A DNA stretch of 64,000 nt from Eledone cirrhosa (GCA_964016885.1 OZ024743.1:321160001-321224000), one strand, 5' to 3'. Numbered from the stretch's first letter, positions 1-12,676 are shown. Notes: a model not told the origin generated them from the letters alone. Translations and numbers: made by a program.

Positions 1-452
1 GGAGAGGAGAGACTGGTATGCATGGATGACTTTTGGTCTTCCACAAACAACCTTGCTTTGACTTGTGCCACAGAGGTGGAACTTTCTAGATGTAAATCTC
101 ATGGATATTCGTGACTGAAAGGGGTTTTTACCAATATCAAACTTTAACATGCTGAATTTTGTTATGAATTGGCTCCCTTGACACTGCATTATGTATTAAG
201 GGGAGATTACTCTATTGGTGACATAATGTGCCTAGAGCACCGAGAAGATTAAAAAACTAGATGACTGATTTTGAAAATGCCTAGCTTTGGCATTAAGACG
301 AAATGAAAAATCCTCCACAAGTATTATAATTTTGATACATCTGTTATCAGTAATCTGTCTAAATATTGAATTTTAATGCAGATTGGAGATAATCTTACAG
401 AATACAACTAACGAACAACAAATTAGACTTGTTTACTGGTTGGGGTTTCATC

Positions 453-947
453 AACATCATCATCATCATCACCGTTTTACGTCCGTTCTTCCACGCTAGC
501 ATGGGTTAGATGGGTTGTCCTGTTGTGGGCAGTGTCTGGTCGGCTGACCATACCTTGCTCATACAGGAACTGATTTGGCTTGATTTCTACAGCTGGATGC
601 CCTTCCTAACACCAACCTCATTTACAGTGAGTGCTGGGTGCTTTTTCGTGGCGCCTACACGTCCACTTTACAGTGTGGGCTGGGTGCTTTTTTGCCGTGG
701 CACCTCCACGACCACCTTGCAGTGGGGGGTGTGGGGGCATATTGTCTATATGCTTCAGCTTGTACCCATGGGAGGTCGGGTACTCTGTATTACTGCGTGA
801 CGCCAGAGGTCACGGTCGTGTGTCATCGCCTTTGAGAGGTGTAATTGGGTAAGGTCGGCTTTTATCACCTCATCCCAGGTCATCTTGGGTCTCCCCACTC
901 TGCGGTTTCCATCGACTTCTAGTACTCTGCACCTTTTTATGCACCTT
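453..947 (-). mobile_element. 5'-truncated RTE-clade LINE, 3' end only
   Basis: Near-identical reverse complement of 21690-22164 (end of ORF plus 3' UTR); ends in (GAT)n tail, seen as catcatcat at 456-470. Confidence 0.9.
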
Positions 948-1182
948 TATATAACATTTTATCTATAAGCAAACCTTCTGAGTTTAAAATATAGGATTTG
1001 TTTTATATAGATAGCTGTTAGATTTAAGCACCTGTACTATACTGTGGTGACATGATTTGACTCCCAGCTCTCACATGAATAAATTGGTCTTTTACAGAGT
1101 GAATAAAAACCAATCATTTTATGTATTTGTTTATTGAAATTAATTTAAGAAATCATTAATTATAATTTGTATGATATTCCAG

Positions 1183-1329
1183 CAAACAATATGCATTGCT
1201 CATTTGACAACAATATCTGTGAAATGACTATTGATGGCAACGATGAATATACATGGAAACGGATGCAACCTAGCCAGTCCCCTCAAGGAAATGGACTTGA
1301 CAAGGATCACACAACTAAATCTAGATATG
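1183..1329 (+). CDS. Exon of MAM-domain protein (MAM N-terminal part)
   Basis: ccag acceptor, gtaatt donor, 147 bp, phase 1/1. Translates NNMHCSFDNNICEMTIDGNDEYTWKRMQPSQSPQGNGLDKDHTTKSRYG, matching the MAM CxFxxxxC...W...DHT...G pattern. Confidence 0.85.
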
Positions 1330-2789
1330 GTAATTAGTTTCAGCTTTTATAATTTTTCTCTTCGTAAACTTTCTTTTAATTATCACAATCTCTGTTTCAG
1401 GCATTTTCTATGTTTTGCATAAGATGCAATGTCTTAAATAGTATTTTTACTACTCGTCTTCATATTATAATCCTCAGATAGAAACAGGAGATAATAAATA
1501 TATTTTTTTTTAAGCAGAATTTTTATTATAAAATAATTGAAATGAAAAAACAAATATTTTCAATATACCAAATCTCACAACGTCGTGGAAAACTCATTGA
1601 TATTGTATAAAAATTATTGAGCAGTATCTAATAAAAAACACATTATTAAAGGGAACAAAAGAGGGAAGAAAAGAAGAAAAAGAAAAAAAGGGATCAAGCA
1701 ATAAAACAAAAGAAGGGATAGAACAGACATTACACCCCAGTCTGAACAGAACCTCAGCCACACCCCACAGACAAAATGGCAAAGGCATTACTGTGAGGAT
1801 GGTCAGAGACACCCACTTGGAACATACATTCTACCAACTGGATTTATTGTTCATTCAACTGAAGCTGCTATATTGTATACTTAAGAATTAGTCATAATAA
1901 TTAGAGACACACTGGATAATGTAGTTCTAGATCTTCAGATCATATCCTGGAGAACAGATGTAAATAAATTACTCTACAGCCCATACCTTTACCTTTCTGC
2001 CAACAAAAAGCAAAAGTTGTTTGTTCATATCCAAGTTATAAAAGAAATTTTGAAAATGAAATAAGTATTTGGTGAAATCAAAGTGAGCTATCTTCTTGGG
2101 AGCAGGACAAACAGCAGCATATTTCCAAGGATCATAAGCGATTCCTGTGGATTTATTCAAGAGTTTGGCATAGAGTCAAGCTCTGAAGAGCAGGTTTTAA
2201 GGATGATGATAGAACAGGCTAGGTGTTTACCTACTTGATGTGTTATTGTTGTAGTTTAAACCCAAATGAACTTAGATAGAGCAGATCTAAAGTCAACTGC
2301 ATTTTTTCAATAATTATCTCATTTTTTTTGTCTATCTTGTATATCTAAAACTACATCTTCCAATGTGCTTATCATTTTTTCAACCCAATGGGATGTGATT
2401 TGAGGCTGATTTATCTGCTATTTCTTGCAAGTTGAGTTTCTACATAAAGGCTTTCCAACTGGCATGCATGTATACATATACATAGTAGGGAAACTATTGT
2501 AATGGAAAAATAATGTTTTATTGATGTTTGCAAAGTGTATACAATGTAGAGTTGAATACATGTCAGATAATGAACATAGAAATTTTATCCATAGGAGTAC
2601 TGCTTACATTGTTGAGGAGTGAAGGGTAAGGAAGTTCCACTAAGTTAGTAGAAATTCTTTGGGCAAGAAACCATAAGAATTGGTTACAATTCAAGAGATG
2701 AAAGAATTAGCAAGATATGTGATAATTGAAGACATGCTATATGCTATTTTATCAGTGAAAATAGAATCCTTCTTCACTGTTTTTAAGAG

Positions 2790-4756
2790 AACAGCTTCTC
2801 TTTGGCTCTGACAATAATGTCTAGGACTTTAGCAACTTGGAGAGTCTGTATCATCCAAGAGTGGGCAACAGAATCAAATGCTTTCCTGTAGTCCAGCCAG
2901 TCCTAAGTTATCGCTCCTCTGACATCGCAACTTTGTTAATTAGAAGTTGTTCAGCACACCCAAACACCGTTCTTTTCAGCTGCTTGTTCATCTGTGATGA
3001 TGTCATTACTGTTGCAGTGATCTTGGAGGAATAAGTTCAGGTAGGTTCTATACATCGTATCCATCGGTTACTGGCATTTAGTGGGTTGGTCATTTTTTGT
3101 CAAGTGGATGCCTTTGTTCTTGGGGACCAGTATTGTTTGTGCTAATGTCAACCATTCTGGTATATGTGCATCTGCCTTGAGATCTTGCTGGTAGAGGTCG
3201 ATAAGGTACATCCAATAGGTTATTAGTCTTTTGTACCAGTAGCCAATAATCAAGTCTCTTCATGTGTTTTCCTATCACAATCTCAAAGGTATCCTCATTT
3301 ATTTCGTATATTTTTGTTGTAGTGTAGCAGCAATAGTTCTTTTGGATTTCTTTTAGCCAAACTGCATCTTGGTTGAAATTCTTATTTTCACCCCATATTT
3401 TTCTCCAAAAGGAATCTATGTCTTTCTGGGATGGGGATTCAGTGACATTTATTACCTTGCCTTTCATATCTCTATAGACTGATGTTTGGTTTCGCCTGAA
3501 TCTTTTATTAATTCATTTTCTTTTATCTACACTCTTCAGCATCGAAGCTTCTCGCTGACAGCTCTCAAATCTTGTTTGAGGGTGATCAGCTTATATTGTA
3601 GAGTTCTGGTTGTACTGTCAACAAACATCGTTTCTATTTCATTTTTCACTCTTTGTTGGCGAGGAGTGAAGTTTTTTCTCTTTGTTTGCATGTAAGGAGC
3701 ATTGTCACATATCCTAGAGTTTTTCGTTAGTAAGCAAACTTTTTTTCTATTTTAGTTATATATGATGGTATTTTTGGTGGTGTTTCGTTCTTGTTAATAT
3801 CTCTGTTATCATCAAGATAATGCCCCACTGTCGTTGCTAGAGCATATAAACAGGTGTTGATTTGCTAAAATGTGGGGGTTTTAATTTGTCGTAAATATTC
3901 ATAATAGCAGGTATTTGGTTTTCAGTATTGTTGTTTTATTACGTTCAGCAATTACATGAATTAATTTCTCTCTGGAAGAGATCGTTGAGGGAAAATTTCA
4001 ATTGTTTATACTTTTAATTATTATTATCAATAGTGTTTTCCACAACAGTGAAGGCTGACTCAGATGGTACAAGTGGTGTAAAATTTCTTACGGGCATAGT
4101 TGTTTCAAGGCACTGTTCGGCCTGGCTGCTAGGAAGACTCGTAGCATAGCGACCTGTAGCATGTGCTGTTGATTCCATGTTTGTTCTGGGGGACTAACAA
4201 TTAATAATATTTATCTTATTTTTACGTTCAACAAAAGTTGCTTGTTGGCGTAATTGTTTGGCTGTGAAGTGATTTAGGTCTGGATGTATTTCGTCCCAGT
4301 GTAGTTTCATTCTGTTCATATAGACAATGGATGGATTTTTTTGCCATTTTATAACAATTAAATAAATCATCATTAAGTTTGCAACTCCATGAGAATTGCA
4401 ATTTTTAATTTCGGTTTATTCTTTAGCTACAACTAAATAAATTTTGTTTACTATTCTCATTGATTTACTTCGGTAAATTGTTCTCGTTGCTTGTGTTCGG
4501 TAAATTGTTTTTGCTGTTGATGTTGATGTTCTACACAACCATTTTGTTTGTAACAAATCCTTGTAAAATGAATTGTGTATTTATTTGGATATCTCTACGA
4601 ATTCGAATAAAAGGTGTCTCGGGTGGATATAGTTAGATGAATATCCAGTTATTCAACACGACTGGTAGTTATGGCAATACTGTCAGAGATAGTATTCATC
4701 TTAAATTTAATGAATACTTTCCCATGCCAAAATGTGAGACTGATCGCGTTGACTGT
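2790..4756 (-). mobile_element. Degenerate R4/Dong-like non-LTR retrotransposon, 5' part (N-terminus and start of RT)
   Basis: Frameshifted fragments YMNRMKLHWDEIHPDLNHFTAKQLRQQ, FWRKIWGENKNFNQDAVWL, IIGYWYKRL, PEWLTLAQTILVPK, GCAEQLLINK, WLDYRKAFDSVAHSWM. Clade call is from motif recall. Confidence 0.75.
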
Positions 4757-5250
4757 CTATATATGTATGTATGTATGTATACAACATTTTTGGAATGTTT
4801 TATATATTTTTACTGTTCCATTAATGTATTGTACTTTTAATTTCCTAACTATTTGTGTTCTTTCTGTTCCTGTGAAGCCTAGCTTCTCAAGATTGGTATT
4901 GAGGCAGTTACTAACATATCCCAGTGCCCCAATAATCACAGGCATAAATCTGAAGGTGTAATCAGGGTGGAGTATCTGCAGATTTCTCATCAGTTCTGCA
5001 TAAATGTTCTCCTTTTCACTAATCTTTGATATTATATTGGCATCTGCTGGGAAGCTAACTTCCACTACTGTGCATGCTTTCTTCTCCCTGTCCCATATCA
5101 TAATATCTGGTCTGTTATGCCTGCATTTTATTGGAGTTTTTACTGGAACATTCCAGCAGTACTCTTTCATATTATGTATATGTATGTTTTCCACATTGCT
5201 GTAGCTTTTAATGTGTTTATTATCGGGGCTATCTTTTCTACGGATTGCAT
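4757..5250 (-). mobile_element. 5'-truncated non-LTR element, restriction-like endonuclease (REL) C-terminus
   Basis: ORF 4757-5194 has HNRPDIMIWD...VVEVSFPAD...KENIYAEL...PVIIGALG (PD-(D/E)xK REL motif); flanked by (TACA)n on both sides. Confidence 0.85.
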
Positions 5251-5320
5251 TGTATGTATGTATGTATGTATGTATGTATGTATGTATGTATGTATGTATG
5301 TATGTATGTATGTATGTATG
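5251..5320. repeat. (TATG)n microsatellite
   Basis: Direct reading. Confidence 0.95.
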
Positions 5321-5464
5321 TTATATCTATATTATTATGGAGTTTAAGGAACTAAACTTAAATTCATTAGTTACTTATCCATGAAGCTGCAATTATGAGT
5401 TTTACATATCAAAATACATTTGCAAATGATGGAAAGAAACCCTTACATATATAGTTATCTCTTC

Positions 5465-5860
5465 TTTTACTGGTGATGGAATGCAGGAGACAGGATTAAG
5501 TACAAAAATTGCAGTAGCTGGTGCAGTAATCTGCCAACTTCAGCGTTAAGTAATCGGAGGACGGGAGGTGGGTGTAAAGGCCAAACTCGCTCTCTTTAAA
5601 TCAGTATTTGTGCCAACCCTTACCTATAATCATGAATCATGGGTAATGACCGAAATAATATCATCGCGAATATAAGCGGCCGAAATATGGTTCCTCCGAA
5701 GGATCTTTGGGGTAACGTTACCTGATAGAGTGCCTAGCTCGGAGATCAGAGACTCATTCCAGGTAGAGCCACTACTTCTCTGAATTGAGTGATCCAATTC
5801 TATGGACATGTGGTTAGAATGTCTCAGGATAGAATCGCTGGACAGATTTTACGGGCAAAG
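5465..5860 (+). mobile_element. Degenerate RTE (Rex3/Expander-like) C-terminal fragment
   Basis: AKLALFKSVFVPTLTYNHESWVMT...AAEIWFLRRIFGVTL...YGHVVRM with in-frame stops. Confidence 0.75.
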
Positions 5861-5899
5861 GAAAATAAAGTAATGTTGTGAATGAAGGATATAATTCTT

Positions 5900-6090
5900 T
5901 GACAGCAATTTTGGTGGGGTAGTCGATTATGTCGACCCCAGTACTTAACTAGTACTTTATTTGTTCGATCCAAGAAAGATGAAAGGCTCTCGACGGTATT
6001 TGAACACCGAACGTAGAAAGTGATAACTAAATACTGCAAAGTGGTAACTAAATGTTCGACGCTCTACTAATTACTGCCAATCCATCACCC
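5900..6090 (-). mobile_element. tRNA-derived SINE copy (degenerate)
   Basis: Shares agtcgatta..tcgaccccagt..gtactttat..gatgaaagg..tttgaac with copies at 6715, 6944 and 7845. Confidence 0.6.
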
Positions 6091-6326
6091 TAATGAATGA
6101 TATAACAACACGATATTTACCATTTAAAATGTTTAAAGTATTACTTTAAGGAATTACTTTACAGTTTTCTAAACTGAACCGTTTTATATATACATATTAG
6201 CCGAAATCCAAACCAAATGAGACTGATAGTTGTCATTATGCCATGTTCTGGTAAGTATATTGTCAACAAATCACATAGATGCATTATTTTTCATATCTTT
6301 GAACATTGTATATTTAAATATTACAG

Positions 6327-6567
6327 GGAAATATATGCTAGCCACTGGAGGTATTCCCCTAAGAGACAAAACAACACTGGCAACCAATAGCTTCACAAAT
6401 AACATGAAGAGTCTTAAATTCTACTATCACATGTATGGAGAAGACACAGGAAGCCTAAATGTCTATATTAAAAGTACAAATGGAATTAACACTAGGATAC
6501 TATCATTAAAAGGCAGTCTAGATGATGAATGGAAATATGCATGCATACCTCTGTCAATAACATTTGG
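6327..6567 (+). CDS. Exon of MAM-domain protein (MAM middle part)
   Basis: ttacag acceptor, gtaaga donor, phase 1/2. GKYMLA...TTLATNSF...LKFYYHMYGEDTGSLNVYI...KGSLDDEWKYACIPL carries the MAM FYYHMYG..GxLxV and G....W motifs; joins in frame to 1329. Confidence 0.9.
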
Positions 6568-6714
6568 GTAAGAAAAATATTTCGATTTTAACATCTTTTG
6601 GAAGTTAATTGCTTATTTTGTAGTAAAACTGAAAATTTTAGCACAAGTCTTTGGTTGATTATAGATTTTGACAGACCAACAAAGAAAAAGAAAACCGTGC
6701 AGTAAGAATACACG

Positions 6715-7127
6715 ATCTCCTGGGCAAAATTCTTTAGAATATTAGCACAAGGACAGCAATTTGAGGGATGGAGAAATTAGATTATACTTAACTCGTACTT
6801 TATTTTATTAACACAGAAATGATGAAAGTAGGGATGACCTTGGTGGTATTTGAACTCAAAACGTAGAAATCATCACGAAAAGGCCACAAAATATTTTGTC
6901 AGATACTCTACCGATTCTACTGCCCTTCGCCTGTGTAATAATTGTTTCTACTTTTGGCACAAGGCCAGCAATTACCCAGTACATTACTGGTACTTTATTT
7001 TATCGACCCCGTAAGGATGAAAGGCAAAGTTGACCTCGGCGGGATTTGAACTCAGAATGGCAAGGGTCATAACTCTCTGCGTCAAAGCAAGGCGTCCGAC
7101 CCTCTACCGATACTGCCAATCCACCAA
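6715..7127 (-). mobile_element. Two adjacent tRNA-derived SINE copies (about 6715-6925 and 6944-7127)
   Basis: B-box-like GAGTTCAAATCC on the minus strand (about 7041-7052); shared body ggtactttattttatcgacccc..ggatgaaaggcaaagttgacctcggc. Confidence 0.65.
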
Positions 7128-7205
7128 TGACTTTATAATTCACCTTGACAACCCATGTAACAATGATTTGACAGTTCACCTCTGCCTTCTTCTGTAATAC
7201 TCAAT

Positions 7206-7595
7206 TAATTATTCCCCTTTGAATAAACTCTACTATATGAATGACTTATTTTATTGTCGTAAGGAAGCGGAGTGAATTATTCCCCTTTGAATAAACTTTA
7301 CTATATGAATGACTTATTTTATTGTCGTAAGGAAGCGGAGTGAATGATTCCCCTTTTAATAAACTTTACTATATGAATGACTTATTTTATTGTTGTAAGG
7401 AAGCGGAGTGAATTATTCCCCTTTTAATAAACTTTACTACATGAATGACTTATTTTATTGTTGTAAGGAAGCGGAGTGAATTATTCCCCTTTTAATAAAC
7501 TCGACTATATGAATGACTTATTTTATTGTCGTAAGGAAGCGGAGTGAATTATTCCCTTTTGAATCAACTCTAGTCTATGAATATCTTATTTTATC
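7206..7595. repeat. 68-bp minisatellite, about 5.7 copies
   Basis: aaggaagcggagtg recurs at 7261, 7329, 7397, 7465 and 7533. Confidence 0.95.
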
Positions 7596-7844
7596 AAAAT
7601 GTGTCGGAGTATTGCGAAGCTGTCACCAGATATTTGAATTTAAAATATAGAAGAACGAATATAAATATTCAAAATTCATTATTTTCTTAAGTATAAGACT
7701 GTAGATATAATGGTAGAGAACAATCGATTATACTAACTCGTCTAGTTGACTTCTGTAGAGAACCATGACATATATAGTGTGTTTTCAAATTGTATTTTTT
7801 TTCTGATATGCTTTGATCTTGAGATTCTACAAATTACATAAATA

Positions 7845-8050
7845 ATGGTTTCTGATTTAGGCACCAGGCCAACAATTTGGGGGATGAGAAGTCGATTAAA
7901 TAGACCTCAGTGCTTTATGGTTCTTTATTTTATTGACCCTGTAAGTTTGAAAGACAAAGCTAACTTCGGCAAGATTTGAACATAAAGGGACGTAACTATA
8001 TGTCGTAAAGCATACTGTCTGATGTTCTATCGATTACTACCAATCTACCA
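7845..8050 (-). mobile_element. tRNA-derived SINE copy
   Basis: Same family blocks as 6944-7127. Confidence 0.6.
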
Positions 8051-9091
8051 CCCTTAGTTCACATAAATAATACTGGTGGTAGAATCCCATGAGAGAACAT
8101 CTGTGTAAGCTATATTCTTTCTTATACACTACACTAAGCAGAAAGAAAGGGAAATATAGACATAGAAAAACAACGGAAGAGACATCAAATAAACTTTCCC
8201 ATTTATCATATGTCATAGAATATAATGTATGTGTGTGTGTGTGTGAGTGTGAAGGACCTTAATTTTTATTTTACAAATTGAATCTTAAGGCTCTTAAAAA
8301 CTTGTTCCATGGCAACTCATGGCTAAAAAATAAGATCTACAATACATGGAGAAAGAAACCCTCCTGACAAAGAACAAAACAACAACTCAATAATAATAAA
8401 AAGTAACAAACTAGACAGCATTTACTCTGAACTGCAATTGTTGCAAAACCACTCTCTAAATAGCGAAGTATGCCTTCATGCATTGGATATCATTCACACC
8501 TCCAAAACTGCAGTTGATCTTTCTGATCCTTTCGCAAAAGGATCTCCATTATATTTACAGAATCCACTTTTTCCTCAATTTCTTAATGATGATAGTTCTG
8601 TTGGCATTACTCCCATGGAGAAAACCTCCACCTTCCCTCTTTCTTTACTTTGCATCCAACTCCACATTGCATACACTTGATAAATTTCTTCCAGATCTAT
8701 CCACTTCCACTCTATTGAATACAACACTCAATCTATACCCACAGTGTGCTTGAAAATAACTCCAGTTGCTTTAAACCAGCTGGATCACTAGTAATGACAA
8801 TGTCCCTTCCATCACCTTACAGCTACCCCCATTCTCACCTAACATTTCAATCTCTGTCTTTCTCTCTCTTCACAGGGATAGAGCTTGATATTTACAAACA
8901 TATTAAAGTGTGTCCCATTCCCAATAAGTAAAAATCCTCTGAAACTGACAAATGTTTAACAAGATTCACTTCCAATATCACAAAACTATTGGAGACAGCT
9001 ATTAATAATAACTTCCACCAAAACCTTGAATAATCATCGTCATCATCATAATCGTTTTTAGATCCATTTCATCATGCTGGCATGGGTGGCA

Positions 9092-9340
9092 TGGAGGCAT
9101 GTAGCCTAGCAGTAAGGGTGTTAGACTTACGATCATAATGCCATAGGTTCGATTCCTGCACTGGGTTGTGTCTCGTGTTCTTAAGCAAAACATTTCATTT
9201 TATGTTCCTCCAGTATGAGTACCAGCAATACATTGGGGTTTAATCCTGCAATGGACTGGCATCATATCCAATGGGGAGTCTTGTACTCTCAGTCGCTCAT
9301 AGCATGGAAACCAAGATAAGCCTATAAGCCTCCAGGCTCG
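9092..9340 (+). mobile_element. tRNA-derived SINE
   Basis: A-box-like tagcctagcagt and B-box ggttcgattcc, followed by a cttaagcaaaacatttcattt body similar to 18118-18145. Confidence 0.55.
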
Positions 9341-9701
9341 AGGCAGATATCAGATATAGGTTAGATGGAATCCTTTGAGACAATGCTTTACAGCCAAATC
9401 CTCTTCATGATGCCATCCCCTTTTGTCACCTTTTACAACATGCAGAAATATCGTGTAACTATTCTAAAAACTAGGATACACATCCTAAATAGCCACTAAA
9501 CTTGTTCTTGTTCGTATACAAACTCTCTCTAACCACCAGTTTATTTTCCCACCTTTATTGAGCACCAATCTTCAATGTGTAGCATTCATTCTACAGTCAC
9601 ATGCATACATATACACACACACACACATATATATATATATACATATATATATGTGTGTGTGTGTGCGTCTCTCTCTCTTTCTCTCTCTCTCTCTCTTTCC
9701 C

Positions 9702-11800
9702 GCACCCCCACTATCTACTTCCTCCCAAAACTCCACAAACCCGATAACCCTGGCCGCCCCATCGTCTCCGCTTGCAACTGCCCCACCGAACTCATCTCCG
9801 CCTTTCTTGACTCCATCCTCGCTCCCCTCGCCACCACCCTCCCCTCTCACATCTTCGACACCAACCACGCCCTTTGCCTGTTCGACTCCCTCACTTTCCC
9901 ACCCGACCCACACCCCCTCCTCTTCACACTAGATATCAAGTCCCTCTATACTGTCATCCCCCACGCCGGCGGCCTACGTGCCCTCCGGCACTACCTCAAC
10001 CTTCGCCCCTCCCCATCCCCATCCACCCACACCCTCCTACGCCTCGCTGAGCTGGTCCTCACCCTCAACTGCTTCTCCATCTCGAGTGAGTTTTACCAAC
10101 AGATCACGGGGGTAGCCATGGGCACAAGAATGGGCCCCAAACTATGCCAACCTTTTCGTTGGTCATGTTGAGGCCCAAATCTTTTCCCGGTACACCGGCC
10201 CCACACCCGAACAGTATGGTCGTTACATCGACGACTGTATCGGAGCCACGACCCTTGCCCGAGAACATCTTGACTCTCTTCTGCTCCTTCCACCCCTCCC
10301 TCCATTTCACCACCTCTATCTCCACCACCCACGTCCACTTCTTTGACATCTCCGTCGCCATCGACCCCTCCCACCGCTCCCTCGTCACCTCCGCCTTCTT
10401 CAAACCCACCGACTCCCACTCCTACCTCGACTTCACCTCCTCCCACCCAACACACACAAAACACTCCATTCCCTACTCCCAACTCATCCGGATCCGCCGC
10501 CTCTGCAGCCGAGAAGCTGACTTTGAGTCCCAGGCCCTTTCCCTAGTCAGCCATTTCATCCGGAGAGGTTACCCTACAGATCCACACACCCCTCGGCCTG
10601 AACTCCCCACCCCTATTCCTTTAGCCTTCGTTCGCCCCCATTCCCCCCCACACACACACATCCCCCACTAACACACTCTTCCATTTCACCGCCCACCCCA
10701 CGACTAATAATACTAGCACCAGTAATACTACCACCAGTAATACTAACACCCACTAACACCCCCTCTACCACACACACACCAGTACACTACACTCCCTCCT
10801 CCGTCTCCAACACCTTTTCTCCCCCTCTCCCTCTTCCCGCTCCACCTACACCCCTTCACACACACACACACATCCCACTAACACCTCTACTAATATACAC
10901 CCCATCCTCCCACATCACCACCTTCCCCTCCACCTTTCACACCTACCCATCCTTTCCCCTGTCCACCGCACCTCCGCACACACAGACACACAGTCCTCAC
11001 CACATACAGACCATTTCTCCACCTGTCATCCTCCTCTACTGCTATCTCTTCACCCTGCGTTGACCCCCTGACCACTTCCTGTTGCGCGCGCACCTCACAT
11101 CTCTCCACTTCCGACCACCACTAATGGATTCCACACCACCGGTCATCGTTCCTGGTATCCACTCTATAACATGAGAGATATCCAACATCTTATCGCACAC
11201 TCCGCGGAACTACCTTAGGAACTTACCCACGTACAAACACTCACATTTTTTTCGAACCACGCCACCTTCAGCCACACCACTTATAAAGACAAACACACAC
11301 GTGCATATCCCCACATATGCACACTCAGCCTCCGGAATCCCCCCCCCCCTCCATCCACACGCATGCACGCACACACCGATTTACACCTAACCCCACGCAC
11401 ACACACACACGTACACCTACACCTACACACATACACCACCATCAGCCCTCCCCGCTCGGACCCCCTGCTTCCCTCTCCCAACTCCACCTGCCACCACCCC
11501 TACATGCCTCACACTCTTCCACCACTTATTTATTTTTATGTTTATTTTTATGTTTATTTTTATTTTTATTTGTACTTCTTCAATCGTTTTTCCTCCCTTT
11601 TCTCTCCCCCTCTTTTTTCTAAATTTCTTTCCCCAACTCGCCCACATACCCTCGGAACTCTCTTCCTACCAACTTTTCTCCTGATGAAGGGTTTATGCTC
11701 GAAACGTCGTTACGCACCCCCACCCCGCTCTCAAAAGCGTGAACCTAATAAATTCTTATTTGTATTGCCTCTCTGTTTTTGTTCCCGTCTAAGTTTTAAC
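9702..11800 (+). mobile_element. Penelope-like element, truncated RT plus 3' region/pLTR
   Basis: IYFLPKLHKPDNPGRPIVS, LFTLDIKSLYTVIPH, QITGVAMGTRMGP, (frameshift) YGRYIDDC, KPTDSHSYL..SSHP..KHSIPYSQ. No GIY-YIG domain seen. Hammerhead-like motif at 11681 and AATAAA at 11747. Confidence 0.9.
11681..11708 (+). ncRNA. Minimal hammerhead-ribozyme-like motif (Penelope pLTR type)
   Basis: CUGAUGA-A-GGG-UUUAUG-CUC-GAA-ACGU-C with palindromic stem III and GUC triplet; stem I pairs poorly. Confidence 0.55.
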
Positions 11801-11865
11801 TATATCCAAGGCTCTGATACCATCAACACTATACACATAGGGCTGTCATATCTAAGAACTGACTA

Positions 11866-11921
11866 ACTGCCTGATGAGGTCATAGCCATTCAATGGCTAT
11901 CATCGAAATATATATAGCAGT
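11866..11921 (+). ncRNA. Type I hammerhead ribozyme, canonical core
   Basis: Stem I ACUGC/GCAGU; CUGAUGA; long stem II GGUcAUAGCCAU/AUGGCUAUcAUC; GAA; palindromic stem III AUAUAUAU; AUA triplet, predicted cut after 11916. Confidence 0.85.
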
Positions 11922-11962
11922 AAATAAAGGATTATGAGTTCATGCAATTGACTTATGTTTCG

Positions 11963-11997
<35 letters not shown>

Positions 11998-11999
<2 letters not shown>

Positions 12000-12066
12000 G
12001 GGGTCGATAAAATAAAGTACCAGTAATGCACTGGGTAATTGCTGGCCTTGTGCCTAAAGTAGAAAC

Positions 12067-12068
<2 letters not shown>
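11998..12068 (+). mobile_element. SINE 3' fragment between (TA)n tracts
   Basis: Reverse complement of about 6942-7012. Confidence 0.7.
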
Positions 12069-12125
<57 letters not shown>

Positions 12126-12136
12126 TAACAGATTAA

Positions 12137-12187
12137 AGTTTAAGCAACGAATCGCTGCTTTCACCCTTAACGGGATCTTCTGAAACT
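12137..12187 (-). ncRNA. Hammerhead-like fold with variant core CAGAAGA
   Basis: Stem I AGUUU/AAACU; CAGAAGA; stem II u-CCC-GUUAA-GGG-u; GAA; stem III AGCAGCG/CGUUGCU; CUU triplet. Confidence 0.6.
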
Positions 12188-12676
12188 AACAAAGTCAATC
12201 TGTAAACGCAGAAGTGGATATTTAAAAAAACGTTGTAACCGGAGGAAGACAGGAAGACGATACTTTGGTTCGTGGAAACGCTCCTTGGCAAAGAATGGGA
12301 AAAAACGAATATAATACGTCATTAATAGGAGAGGTGAAAAACGATTACACGCAAAGACAGACCCACGTTTATGGTATAAAAGAAGTCGTAGACTAATCTT
12401 CTCTTAGGTGGTTCATAGAGACGTTCTCTAGCAATGAACGGAAAAAACGAAGGTAATACGTCATATGTGGAGCGTGGAGAACAATTGCACCCAAGACAAA
12501 ACTTAAGTCGTAGACTAAAATTCTAACTAGGAAACCGAATGATTCTCCGCTTCAGAGTTAAGAATAAAGTAAATAAAATACAATACAGAGGTAATTGAAA
12601 TTAAATAAATACAGCCGTTAATATGCATAAGGAAAGTATATACTTTCAGACGTTCAACCATCTGGCAGGAAGGTAT

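Noticed and set aside
4670-4730. Possible type II hammerhead on minus strand (GAAA-hairpin-UA...CUGACAG)
   Set aside because: Only 3 nt available for stem I and the core is not CUGANGA; kept only as a hairpin.
6230-6571. 113-aa ORF as a standalone gene
   Set aside because: Only 6327-6567 is exon; the upstream part is intron and the stop lies in the donor site.
8400-8950. Possible old LINE fragment on minus strand
   Set aside because: No motif could be read confidently.
9092-9165. tRNA gene
   Set aside because: A/B boxes present but no cloverleaf; continues into a SINE body.
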